Notes under the pieces: generated by a model
Seen by the model: only the letters and a program-made list of their open reading frames with translations
The model's database searches: none
What the model was told of the DNA's origin: nothing
Made by a program: the position numbers and the translations under genes
From: Chrysomallon squamiferum
Lineage: Eukaryota > Animalia > Mollusca
DNA length: 64,000 nucleotides
NCBI GenBank assembly: GCA_012295275.1
Contig: CM022665.1
Span: 28,458,001 to 28,522,000 of the forward strand
Direction of reading: 5' to 3'
Shown here: positions 25,631-39,878 of the stretch, piece by piece
Layout: every line of letters starts with the position of its first letter
How positions within the stretch are numbered: the first letter of the stretch is position 1

Positions 25631-28600
25631 TTAAAATACAGTCCAATCACATATGTGGAATGTGAACTTTAAAGTATTTATAAATAGATTTTTAGAATGC
25701 ATGTCCTTGATCCTGATTATTATTTTATAAAAATAGCACCTGCTATTTCAGGATTTGCTAGAAGAACACGTTTAAAAAAAAAAAAAATATGTCATCTTTT
25801 TATGTTGCAACATAATTAAATAACAACAAGGCAATTCTAATTTCTGTTCGTCCTCCTTAATAATTCAGATCTTTGCATGATATAACTGTTTCAGATGTCT
25901 GTAGCAGAACTAATACCAGCTCTTTTCAAATGTTTCTATAAATTAATTTCAGAATACTCATGTGATCCATCTTGGCTGCTATTTCTGAATGACGGGTTAT
26001 AGTAACCTCCACTTTTTGTAGCATTCCCACGATACTCAGCTGGAACTTTGGGAAGTTTGCGAATATCAACATCATTTTCATATTCATTGGTGGAATGAGG
26101 AGGCTTTTCATTTACATACGAATGTATTCTTGATTTTGCTGGGTTGTGGTTTGGTTCATGACTGACTACCTTTCCAGCTTTTGTATCCAGATTCTGATAA
26201 CTTCCTGCTGACACTCGATCTTTGTGTGTTTTGCCATCTGAAATAACAGTCACATTGATGTCCTCTTTTTTATCACCAGGCTTCTTCTTTCGAATGTATC
26301 GCTTTGAGTCATAACCAATGGACGGAAGTTCAGCTGGAGTGAATGTTCTTGGCTGAACAGGATATGATGTCTTTTCTGGTCGTCGTCTTATGAATATTAA
26401 ATAAAGAATGGCCACCAAAATCAGAAGAAACAAAACTCCACCAATGACAGCACCTATGATTATTCCAATTTCACTGTCATCTGATGGTGGTTCAGATTTC
26501 ACTGTTGTAGAGGCTGGTTTAGATTTTGTTGGAGACTGAATGGAATCAGAGTCAGTTAGGTTGTCTGTGCGTAAAGCTTTGACAATTATTTCATAACGTG
26601 TTCCAATCGTGAGACCTCGGATTTCATACAGGGCAATGTTTGGGTTCAGTAGATCAGATGTTCCTTTGTTGGCTGGGTCTGAGAGATCTACATGTTCCAC
26701 AAAAATACCAACAATGTGAACAAGTGCACTTTGTGGAATTGTCCAGGACACTGTTATTGAAGTCTCTGTTGTTGCAGTTATTGAAGCTACTATCTTGAAC
26801 CTTGGCAAATGTGTTGTTGTTGGAATAGTAGTTGTAGTTATTGGTGTTGTTGTATAATAGTTGGGACATTCCTCATCTGTGTAGGTGTAATTACAAACAA
26901 AATCACTCAAAGACATTTTATTAAATAACTTTTCATTTGGAAGCATGCATTTCTCCATCTGAGAAAGAATTACTGTTTTCTCCAATTGTGCCCTTCTTAA
27001 CCATTTCATTCTGCAGTCACAGTTCAGTGAGTTGTTATACAAGTGAATCATCAGATGAGTAGTGAAGTTATAAAACGTGCACTTTTCCACAGTCTGAATA
27101 TTGTTACTGTTGAGAAATATGTTAGTCAGTGTGTTTTTGAGACCAAAAAGGCTTTTCCATGTAATGTTTGATATGCTGTTTCCATTTAGATCCAGAGTTT
27201 TGAGTCTTGTAAAGTGTTCAAATGTGAAATCCTTGATGATACTGAGTCCTGTGCTGTCAAGATTTAAACTCTGCAAACTTGTTGCTTCTTTAAGTTTGTC
27301 CCAGGATGACACAGGATCAAGTCGAGTGTTTTGAAGATTCAGTGTTTCAAGTGATGTCAAATTTACAAATGAAGGTAAAGTCATGGTTTTTGAGGTTGGC
27401 AACTTTTGGTTGTCCAGGACCAACTGTTTCAGATTTGGTATTGAAAAAAAAGCATTTTCATGGAATGTCAGAATTTGGTTGCCAGAGAGATCTAAGTTAA
27501 TAAGGTTTGGGGTGCTTACAAATGCCATATCTGTAACATTAGATATGTGATTTGCTGCAAGACTTAGATACTGCAGATTGTTCTTATTAGTCAAGAAAAA
27601 AGGATTTGGTGGAATTTTCAGCAAACCAATATTTTGTAGCTGCAGTGATTGCAGAGCTGTAAGAAAACCCAGTGCAGTCAGACTGGTGGAAATCTCATTG
27701 TATCCCAGATTGAGAGAAAGCAGTCTGTCTGTAATTCCATCAAAACTTTGCCTTTCAATATTTTTAATAAGATTATGTGAAAAATTGATTTCCACAAGAT
27801 TATGAAATTCTTGAAATGAATAGTCTGTTATTCTAGTCAATTTACAGTGAGTAATTTCCAGTTTTTCTAACTTAGTGAGTGTGAGAAGTGCTTCATGTGG
27901 CATACTTTCAAGATCAAACCTTGTCAGCACTAACTTTGTCACCTCACCAAGACCATCAAAAACATGGCCTTCGATAGATTTTACATTCCAGCTATCCAGA
28001 ATTAAGGTCTTTAGCTTCGTAAAACTTAAAAATGTTGCATTGGTCATGTCAGTACTCGGAACCTTGTAATTTTTCATAGTGAGTTCAGTTAGTTTTGTTA
28101 GTTTTTTCATCGCTGTGAAAGGAGCTGTCGCATTTCCATAACCACCAATTTTTAGAATTTGTAAACTTTCCTCTAACCCTTTAAAAGCTAGATCAGACAC
28201 ATTGTGTAACTTGTTCATTGTCAGATCCAGTTTTTTAATGCGTAGTCCCATAAAAGCATTGTCTGGAATGTGCTCAATATCATTTTCTGATAAAGTTAAT
28301 TCAGCAATCGTCCCATTGTACAAACTGGTGTTGCTAATAGCAGGTACTTCTGTTAACTGATGTCGTCGGCAGTAGATAATAGGTTCCCCTTCTTTTCCCT
28401 CACAACTGCAGTTTTTTATAATATGTTTTAAAATACTACAGTCAGTTGTCTCTCCTGTCACCTCTCCAGCAAGAATACAGCTGATAATGGTTACTATGAC
28501 AATAAATATGGCCATGTTCTTTTTTTTTTTTTATTGTTACACCTAAAAGTACAATAATAAATGGTAAGAAATGAATGCTTTTGATGTAATGTGTTGTTAG

Positions 28601-31600
28601 ACTTCTGTTTTAATATTAAATGTTGAAAACATGGTCCATAGAAACTAAACATATTCATACATGATGGGATTAGTTTATATAGTTATTTAGATTATTTAAC
28701 AATTAAATAATTAAAAAGTTTTAATAAAACAATTATTCAGAAATACTGAGATTTTATATATGCAAAGTTAATGCCTGTTTATCTGTAAATATTTAGTTTA
28801 TTTCAGTTATTTATATATTTATTTATTGTGGATGTAATTAATGTAATTAATGTGCAAATTTAATATTTAGCAAATTCTATTTCAGAGGCTTCTTGTACTG
28901 TTGTTGGTAACTTGGCAACATAAAGTTGTTACGTCAGTAATGGACTTGATAAATCAATACAATGCTACAAACACCGTTGTCATGACTTTGATAAACAATA
29001 GAAAATTACAGCCATCTAATTCTAGACCAGATTAACCAAATAATAAAGTATACAGGTATTAAAAGGAAATGCATATTATAGTAAAAATACAGTTTTTGTT
29101 AAGAACGTAAAAGAAAAGATTATAATGGTATTTATAAACAAATTGTGATTGCACATATATACACATGACACACACTTGCCACACACACACAGATACCCAC
29201 ACGTGCACATACACACAGACATATACACACATTCATACATACAACTTGTACCTAGTATGTAGCTAATATACTTCTCAATACTGTATTTACTCTCAAGACA
29301 TTCCTATTAACAGTTGTCATTTACAGGTGTGCTTACAGGTAGGCTATAGTTTTCTAGGTGTGTATGGTAGTGATGTAGGTCATGGTTACCTCACATAAGC
29401 TGATAGAGAACAGAGAAATACCTAACATTGTGACAAATTATTGTAGCCAACTTAAATGTTTCTCTTTCTTTCTCTTAATTAACCTTTTAGCAATATCACT
29501 GTAAATACCTAAAGTTAATCTCCTCTACTGAAATATGTTAAGTACAGGTGTTAGTTAATTCCTTGCCATAATCAGAACTGTTTTATCATTGTGATATTTC
29601 TCCATGCAGAACAGTTATTATTTATAAACAAAATGTTAAAATGTTTAAGAATATTGTAATAATTAGGATTATTTTTATTTTCTGTAAATGATTTAAAAAA
29701 ATAACCACACCCCAAAGACATTAAAATCTCCCAAACATGTTTATGTAATAATAGTCATCAGAATTCAACAATCAAATGCTATATTACGTGCACACATCTA
29801 AATTCTGTCAATTCGGTTTTGCATGTGACCTATCTGTTATGACCTACATACACACCTATCAACACCTGTATGACTTCTTACCTTTGCTGGTCTGTGTTTA
29901 AGCTTTACGAAACAGTACTGATCATAAACAGTAGCTTTCTTCACAAATGTATTTCATTGTCCTGCATCCTGATTGCAGGTAGTCCACAAGATAAAGACTT
30001 AAGAGGATTTACCTCTTACCTGTCTCCTTGCCGTACCTGTGTGGTAATTGTTTTCTCTTCTGTGTGTAGTGAGTCATGTCGCCTTCGCATACCTGAATGA
30101 CAGCAATTTCCGCCAACCAATCAGAAAGACCGAAAAAGTGTGGTCGCGCTGTTGTAACTTCACTGTGACAGCGACGTAGAAAAGTAGGCAAAACAAATGT
30201 GTAGACATGATTAGTGTCATTGTTCACTGAATACCACACCTGGGGAGGGGAATTTGAGAGTGCGGAAGATGAAAATTGTTCCCGGTATTTTACTGTTGAC
30301 TAATAAAATAAAAATATAATCTGTATGAAACGTTAATTGTTCTGTGAATAAATCAAAATAAAAAAAACAGAAAATTTAATAGAGTTTAGATTTATTTTAT
30401 AAATTGTATTGGTATGTTACTCTATATTTTACTAATTTTATAATTTAATAAAACAACAAATTGATCTCTCTTTCTTTTTAATATGGTTTTCTTTGCAGTG
30501 TCAGTCAGTTTTGAATTTTGAATTTAATTTCAACAGAATTTGTTTAACGTTAACTAAGCTGGATATCTGACTTCTACCGTTATTCTTTTTGATCAACATT
30601 GCTGTCTAATTGCAAAGTCTAAATATTATGTTAAGACTTGCTGATACTGAATATATTTAATATAAGGAAATTTAATGATCTACTTTTATTGTTAAATAAC
30701 AGAAATGTTATTTTCATTTCTCCCTGCAGATATTTAAATGTTCAGTTTTGGTTGTTAGCAAATGTTTAACAAAAGAAACTAAACTGAATTAAACACTGAC
30801 CAAGTCATACGTTTATTTATTATTTCACACACTAATTAACTGCATTCTAACAGACTTTATACAGGGCTGCATTTATTTTACTCTAGTTCTAAGGACTTTT
30901 CAGTATAGACCCTTTTCTTAAACTCTTTAGAACATTTGTGTTAAAGTGTCTTCTTAATTGCTAATTGAACAAAGGCATTGCATTTGTTTCTCTTAACATT
31001 TAGCTACATTGTTAGAAAATCTGTCAGGTGACACTATGAAATATTAACTTGTGAATACTATACCACTGTTTGAAGAAAGACATTGGATGATATAGTGTGT
31101 CTGCAGGTCACGTAATAAAAGTTAATCAGTTTTCAGTTTTACTGTAACATCATAAATCAATTACCCATTTAATTTTTCTGTAAGTGGTTATTAGACATCA
31201 GATGTGATTACTTGCATTAAGATTATATGATCAGTTTTCTAGGAACTGCAAACAGACATCAGACATTCAGTTGTCTGACTGTGATTGTATTAGAGCTTTA
31301 TAGCTTGGAAGATTTTATATGCACCTTTGGACAATCAGAATTACACATTCTAAAACATTTGATAAACTAGACTTGTGGCAGATGTTGAAAAGAAGCAGAA
31401 AAATATATTATTTTATTAATATTAAATAGTTCGTTTTTTTACCTAGTTAAATAGATCAAGCTCTAATAAATCAAGATATAAAAACTTGTTTGGCCAAATT
31501 TGTTTATATGTCAGGTGTTTGTAAAAATCTATGTCTGTTTGAGTAATGATTACCGTATACAGGTTAACCATGATGACAGTTCATACTGCATGTACAGTGT

Positions 31601-31995
31601 GCTGAGAAACACACACATTTGTTCACCATTAACATAATTAATCATTATTTTGAATTTATTTAACTTGTACATTTGTTATCTTATTTAGCGTTTCTTCAGA
31701 TGTTCACCATCCATTCTGAACATTATTTTCAGAAGGTTCTAAATATAACATGATATTTTAGTCACTCTGTATATCTCTGCCTATCTCTCATATAATGCTA
31801 AAACAAACAAAGTAATAGGCCTTAATGCTGCTAGAGTTTTGTATGTTCCAAGTTCTGACTGGAGTGTTATATGATCATTATATTTTTTCTTTTCTCTAAG
31901 TGGATTTATAAACCAGTAATAAACTGTATTTATATCTACTCACTTAAATATTGTGTATGTATGTGTATGTTTGTATGTTGTGTGTGTGTGTGTGT

Positions 31996-32057
<62 letters not shown>

Positions 32058-34305
32058 AAAAAAGAAAACAAGAAAGTTTGTGTGTGTGTATCACACATGG
32101 TATAAATTTGTCAGGTAAGGCTGAGTTGATACATAATACTGTACAAGTTGTGACAGTGAATTTATCTGATCACTGAATGAGCACAATAAAGCATTATGTA
32201 AGCCATTGTTAGAATTCCAAGGAAAGATTCAGTATTATTTTAAATAATTTACATCACTGACTAACAAGAGAGTTTCTATTAACAGTTAACAGTTGGACAT
32301 AAACAGAAAAAGACTTTGAAAAATAACCTTACATTCATGCATACATGCATTCGTTTAAAATATAACGAAAGAAAAAAATAATAAATGTAGGATAATTTAT
32401 AGCTATTACAAAAGAGAATTTAAAAAAAAAATTGTTTCAGTCTATTTTGTGGTTATTTGTTGTTCACAATTTTTTTTTTCTTTGACATTCATACTTTTAA
32501 CATGTAATATATCAAACAGTTTAAATAGAGCAGAGATGATTGATTGTATAAATTACATTGTTTTAAAATAGAATCTTGTCTGTCCACCTCAGTTATTTAT
32601 GAAATCAAATGATAATAATAGATATAATTTATTTTTACAATTTCTTTCTCTGCTTATCATTGATCACCTAGTTTTTTCAAAGCTTCTGTTGCAATTTCCA
32701 CATTTAAAAAACAGAGTTATCTGATGATTATGACCTACAGTTTGAGAAACATCAACTCAAGGACTACATTTTTCAAACTTTAATCATATTCTGTTTTAGG
32801 AAATGACTCATGCTCAATCATTTTTATGTGGACAATGCAGGCTGTGCTGGTCTGCTCTTAAGTGTTTATAACTTTTACAAAGTTTTGTCAAGCTCAGAAA
32901 ACACTGTTGAATTTTCTGTGAAGCTTTTAACAAATAGCGTCTGTGAGGTGTGTTTGTATTACACTGAGAAATGTTTAGACATGATAGCTTTTGTTCATTC
33001 AGATTGTTTCTTGTATGTGTGTCTACAAGCTCAGCTGATGCCTTCAGTACAGTGAAATGTTTGTTGATAGCATATAGAGCATTCTGAAATCAGTCACTGT
33101 TTCAATAATACAGCACTTGTAATAAATATCTAATAACACTTTTCTCCATATAGAGGTAGAATTTTCATGCAGTAATAAATAGAATTTAAAAGTTTGTAAT
33201 GCATATTATGCAAAAACATGCACACACTAAATATAAGCTGAATGGTTTTTTTTACATATATGTGAGTGTATCTATTATTTAATAAAAAAAATAATTACCC
33301 ATGCGTGTCCACACAAATGCAAACATGTACATTTTATTTGTTTCCATACATGTTTTTTCTTTTCACTATAGAACTTAATAGTAAAATGAAATTATATTTT
33401 CATGGATGGCTGCTGTAGGATTATTAATAAGATGCTGAAATATGGCAGTTGAGAAAGATGATTTTTGTAATAATATGACAGAAAAAAATCTGAAAGTTAA
33501 CAACAATTGAATTGAAAAGCTTTTTAGTGTTGCATTAAGTATTTATTTGCTAAAGAAAGACACTTATAAAATAACATAATTTTCTGAGTCATTATTTTGT
33601 ATTTTCAGTTGCTGACATTCGATGTTGAAGATGACAGCAAACCAAGTCACATGTACAGCAGTACCCACAACAGAAGCCCAGCTGTCAAACTTAAACTTGT
33701 CAAGGCTGAGAAAACAAGAGTTAGTTTTGTTTATTTATAATTGAAATGAATTTATTCATTCTTACATAGATAATTAAAATTAAATAACAGTTTCTAATAT
33801 TTTTTCCCCTTACATTTCCTTTTTTCTTATTTTAAATCAAAATATTGTCACTTTTTGCTTTTAAATTTAAAAATTTACATTAGAAATTAAATATATTTAT
33901 CATTATTTCATTTCTGTTTTTCTTTCTTTTTTCCCCTTCTTTATCTTTTTAAAATTATTTATAAAAAAATTTTGTAAGAAATTCTGAACACAGTTACAAT
34001 TTTAAAAAAAACTAAAAAAAACCTAACTGTATCATTTTTCTATGTTGTATTTTCTCTTTTTTAAATTTATTTATTTACTTTCTGTAATTTCAGTCAAGCT
34101 CAAAAGCTCATCTTACTCTGCCTAGAACTGATGTTGGAATTGAGCTGGGTGCATTCCATTGTGAAGTGGACATCACCATCGTGGACCGCATCAACAGTTT
34201 GTTGTCACCTGAGCCCCTGACTCCCATGGAGATCAGTGGAACCAGAAGCAAAATTAGTCTAACCCAACAGTACTCCACAAGTTCTGTACGTTTTATGCTT
34301 ATTTT

Positions 34306-34361
<56 letters not shown>

Positions 34362-34651
34362 AACAAAAAAAAGCATAATAAGCAAGCCAGTTTTAAAATC
34401 AATTTACATTTTTTTTAAAGATATAAATTTGAACTCTTTCTTGCCTAGACCTATCCCAAACCATCTTTACTCACTCACCACAATTCTTCTGATGCTAACA
34501 GACCCATCCTTCATGCTGGGCAGTTGATAATTATTACTTTTTATTCATCTTCTTTGTTATTTGTTTATTTTTTATACATACATACATATTACACATACAC
34601 ACAAAAACACACACATACACACACTCACTCACTCACATCTTTTTTCCATTG

Positions 34652-34683
<32 letters not shown>

Positions 34684-35036
34684 GAAGAAGAATTGTTTGG
34701 CGTTTGGTTTTTTTCCTTTTTATTTTTTTTTTCTTAATAAAATCAGTTTTAATATATATTTTTTTATCTTTAGGTAAATAACTGTAAGATAATTACATTG
34801 TTTTTCCTTTCTTTTTTACATTTGTTATTTAGATTTCTTTTTTTTTAACACTTACATGTTTATTACAGAATAAAATGCTTATATAGTTTAAAAAGTTAAA
34901 AACTATTTCAAAGAATTACACAGAAAATAATTTTTCAATCTATTAAACTTACCACCTGCTTTATCATCATTGCTGTCATCAACACATTTCTACATCTCTT
35001 CTTATTCTTCTTTTTATCATCATCATCATCACCATC

Positions 35037-35111
<75 letters not shown>

Positions 35112-35838
35112 GTTATTATTAGCTTGGTCGACAGATGTTTAATCAGGTTATGCAGGAGACGCCATCACTGGATGAGAATCTTGTAGATTTCCATGTTACC
35201 AGTGTCAGTGGAACTATTAATTTCAGGTTAATTTCATTGGTTTTTTTTAATAAATAAAAAAAAAATATATATTCTCTGAAGAAAATAGTACAAAATACAA
35301 GAACGTATTACACTGAAAAAAAAATATCTTTTACACAAATGATATTCCATATATTTATTTAAATGTTTACAAAAATCACATAGTTACATTATAATTCTGA
35401 GAATACAAAATGCTTGAATATATGTTTATTAATTAAAAATATATTCATTAAAAGATACATTCTGTCAAGTTACTTATTTAATAAAATTGCATCAGTGAAT
35501 GTTTGTGAAATAAAATTATTCTGCAATACGATATTCTACAAAGTTATATACTTGATGTTCTGCTGACAGGTTTCCAGTTCCTGACTTGAGGAATGGGTCC
35601 CAGGTTGACAGAGTTCCCTGGTGGCATCGAAACATCCACAAAGAGAGTCTGATTCTCCAGATGTCAAATTTTAGTTTCCAGACTTGTCTAGGAACAGATC
35701 CACAGTACAAGCTGGAATTCACATGTAGTGAACTGTCTGGTAATTTTTAATTTTAACAAAGTTAATGCAAATTTAAATTTTCGAACAATACAAACTGTAT
35801 GGGTTTTAATTTTTTTGTCAGCTGTCTGGAAATGAAAC

Positions 35839-35869
<31 letters not shown>

Positions 35870-38800
35870 TGTCTGGATTTAAACTCTTTAAACAAATCAT
35901 AAAGCTGTTACTTCAGGCATTGACCATAATACAGTTATATAGGATTTCAAATGAACTGTTATTCCATTTATCATTTAAAACATACTCAGCCTAGTCCTGT
36001 TTGCAATGGTCATTATAATGAGTAAAATAACAGAATTTTGATAAAACATATTAATTCAAAAAAGTTATTTTTAATTGCAAAAAAAAAAAATAATAATAAT
36101 AATAATAATAAAAACAAAACAAAAAAACAACATTTCATTTGACTTAATTTTTATCCAGAATTAAAAAGTAAATGGATAATTACCGAGAAGTTGATTGTTT
36201 GAGATGTTATTTAGAGATTATCAAACTGCATGGGTTCATTCATTATTTTTAATTCAGGGTATTTTAAAGAGGATGTGAATTGTTCTCCAGTTCTTATAGC
36301 ATCTGTGATAGCCGATGATGGGTGTGATTTGTCAGAAAGAGACAGAGGTTTCAACTGGCCAAGGTGAATTTTTATTTATTTGTTTGTTTGTTTGTTTGTT
36401 TGTAATGGTTAATTAATTTATAATATGTATTTATTTTTATTTATTTGTTTGTTTGTTTGTTTGTAATGGTTAATTAATTAATAATATGTATTTTTAATCT
36501 ATACTTTAAAATGTTCATTTCATGTAGGTTTTTTTTTACTATATAAAAAAAAAGAAAAATCATTGTATTAAGCATTGCCAGTTACACTGATAATGTTTGG
36601 GTTCTTAGCTTTTTATGATCATTGTGTTTTAAATTTTTATCTTCTGGTGTTTGTTTGTTGTTTTTTTAAATTTTATTTAATTGTTTTTATATTTAAATTT
36701 TGTTTGTTGTTATATAATATCATTTTTGAATAGGAAAACATTTTACTTCAGTATAAGTATACAAATATTCATGAAATCTGATCTAAACACAATTTATTAC
36801 ACTGCATTTATGAACCATAAATAACAGATAACGATTTTTTTCTTTCTTTCTTTCTTTCTTTGAACATAACAATTTTTAATTATATAATTAAATTTTATTT
36901 TTCCTAGACTCGTGATAACATTCAGTGAAAAGATTTGTTCCGTTCTTGAAGATGAACAGGTAGAGTCTGATGACTCCATACCCATGGATTCTCTCAACGG
37001 AGCATGTCAGTTTTCTAAACCTGAACCCTCACCATTCTCTGCAAAGAAATCAATGTATGAACAAGAAGATCTTTCTTCATTCTCGGACAGAAACAGTCAA
37101 AGAAAACACACCAGTGAAGAGGTGATCCTTAATTCTTTTATTTTCATTATCTATTTAAAGTGTAATTTCAGTCTGGTAAGATGTACTGATAGTTTAAATA
37201 TATGTCTAGTGAACTGTTGAATAAGAACATTTCCATCATATCTACAGTTGGTGGGAACATACAGCTGAGGTATATTTTGTATACTTCTATAAGATTTTGT
37301 TTTGTTTCTTAACACTAGACTTTGCTCATAATAAATCCAAGGAGGGTTTTCTATCTCTCCTTTTTTTGCAACATCATCTAGTATATAGAAATGTATTTTT
37401 AAAAACAAAACAAAGCCTGCTAACTGAATGAACTGCAGAAAAGTTTGCCATATACTCAGCCTGTCAGGAATCTTTGTATATGTCTCTTTATAAAATAATG
37501 TTTTTGTTTTAATATAAAAACGGTCAAATAACTACATCCATGATCCTGAGGGAATTGTTGTTTTAATGTTATTATTAGCAATCTGTGGTCCAAAAATAAA
37601 TAAAATGTTCCACTTCAAAGAATAAAAAATGGAATTTGGTGAGGTTTTTTTCTTGTTTTTATTTTTGTTGTTGTTTCTTGACATACTTTACATATTAATA
37701 TATTAATTGATATACTTGTCATTTTACTTAAACAAGGTAAAAGAAACTGTGATGATGTGGACAACATACTTCATTCTGATTGTCCAATTAAAACTCTTGT
37801 CTGAATATTCTGGTCAATGTAGGATTGTCACTGGTTAGTCCAGTACTGTTTTAAATATTTTTGTATTTTAAATTTCAGAAAGTGATTCCAGGAGACAAGG
37901 AGGAAATGAAGGATTTTCAAGAGAAATCTGTGTCTAACACAAAGATGCACATAGAAATCACACTACCCATTGTTACAGCTTTCCTACCCAGCAAGGACAT
38001 GTTTGAGATTTTATACAACAGGTACTTTGTTTTTATTCTAAACTTCCTGTTCCTCTGAATTATTGTACTGTTGTCTCGCAGAGCTCTAAAAGCAGCTTAT
38101 AGTAACACTGGCAAATTACTTAATTTACTATGAATAGATAAAAAAAATAGAGAAATTATATTTTTCTTAGTCATTTCATATAGAAAAGAATGACTATACA
38201 GTATAAATACTTATACATGCATGCATACATATATACATATATATACATATGTAGACAGATATAGATGCAGATATAATATTTTAATATTACTCATTTTCAG
38301 ACTGAACAATGACTTGTTGATGTGGGAACCAATGGCACCTTCTCCTCTAAAAACAAAAGACAGTCTAGGACCTATGCAACCAGCAGATCTTAATAATGTC
38401 CTTCACATGTTCCAACATGGTTTGCCAGAAACATTTGAAATGGCCAAGTCTGGCCAACTGTATGGTAATAATAAATATTTTAATATTCAACAGTATTTAG
38501 ATATATTAGTCTTGTCAGTTTTCTTTTAAACAAATATTTATTTTGCTGGTGTTGTTGTTTTTTTTAATTTAATTTTTTGTCTTTTCATTTTTAACTGTTA
38601 TAGTTCAATTTTTAAAACTCTGACTCTTGAAATGTGTCAAAAAGCTTTGAAAATGAAAAGAAAGATATTCATTTTCTTTTTGTGGTGAATTGAAAAGACA
38701 GGAAAAGACAGTAACTCAGTTGTTATAGATAAAGCTTGATAAATAGTACATCACTATATCAGTTTTCTTCAGTGTGTGTACTGAACTATCTTTCTGTTTA

Positions 38801-39838
38801 TCAGATGTGCTTTCCTGTCTGTGAAAACTATAATCAAATAGGATTAATAATCCAAAAGCATTGCAGCAATGATTAAAAAACATTTAATTGTATAATAAAT
38901 AATAATTAAAGATATTCAGTTGTCATAAGATAATTATTGATCATTCATACATTTGCTAAAATTAATTTATCATGTTGGATGCTGTTACTCTATAATTCAA
39001 AAGAAGAGTTCATTTTCAGATTCAGATTCAGACTCTGATGAAAATTTCTCTTACTATTCCATTCACGAGAGTCGACGTAAAAAGCAACCACAACAACAGC
39101 AACAACTGCAGAGCAAACTCTGTGTGTCACTGAATGTTATGAAGGGAAAAGTTCTTGCTGTTGTGCCAAATAAGGTACAGGAAACTATAACTGTATGTAT
39201 TTTGTGAAACATAATTTTTTAAAATTTAATAAAGATTATTTACCAGTTAGTTTTAAAGATTATCATTTTTATCCAATAGCACTTGTCTTCTTCCACATGT
39301 AGGGATCAATGTTGATGTTTGTTAATTGTTGACTTATGCATTAAAGAAAAGTATATTGTTAACTATTAACTTAATAATAGAATTTAACTGAAATGTCAGT
39401 ATCGTTCTTCATTCATTTTCTATCATTCATAGTATTTTGCATAATGATTATCAATATCAGTGCATACAGATTTATTATTTATTTTTTTATTTACATGCAG
39501 TCAATATATTGCTTATAATGATTTATAATGTTACATTAATCCTGTTTTTAAAATAATCTTTTAAATTTAAAAAACAAAAATGTTATCTGCAGGAGGAGAA
39601 GTCACATGGAGAGATTCTAGTGGAGGTTGAGGAGAGTGTTTTGTTCTGTGTTGTCAGTCACAATGGAGATCCAGATCTGAGGTATCTCTGTTTCCAAACC
39701 AACAAAATAGCTCTGTCCAATTCAGGTACATTGTTTTTTCTCATGACCTGTGATAAGTATACTGATTACATACATTATAATTATAATAATATTTTAATTA
39801 AATTATAGTATTTTGCTTGTTTGTTTGTTTATATAAGA

Positions 39839-39878
<40 letters not shown>

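Noticed and set aside
26654-28069. Several 64-77 aa ORFs overlapping the LRR gene
   Set aside because: Antisense or alternate-frame shadows of the real CDS.
25936-28515. Calling the nested LRR protein a Toll-like receptor or a named SLIT/FLRT/chaoptin ortholog
   Set aside because: It has no TIR, EGF or Ig domains, and orthology cannot be established without a phylogeny.
37122-37132. ATG2 intron 18 donor GTGATCCTTAA as a U12-type site
   Set aside because: It does not match GTATCCTT in register, and there is no U12 branch motif before the acceptor at 37878.
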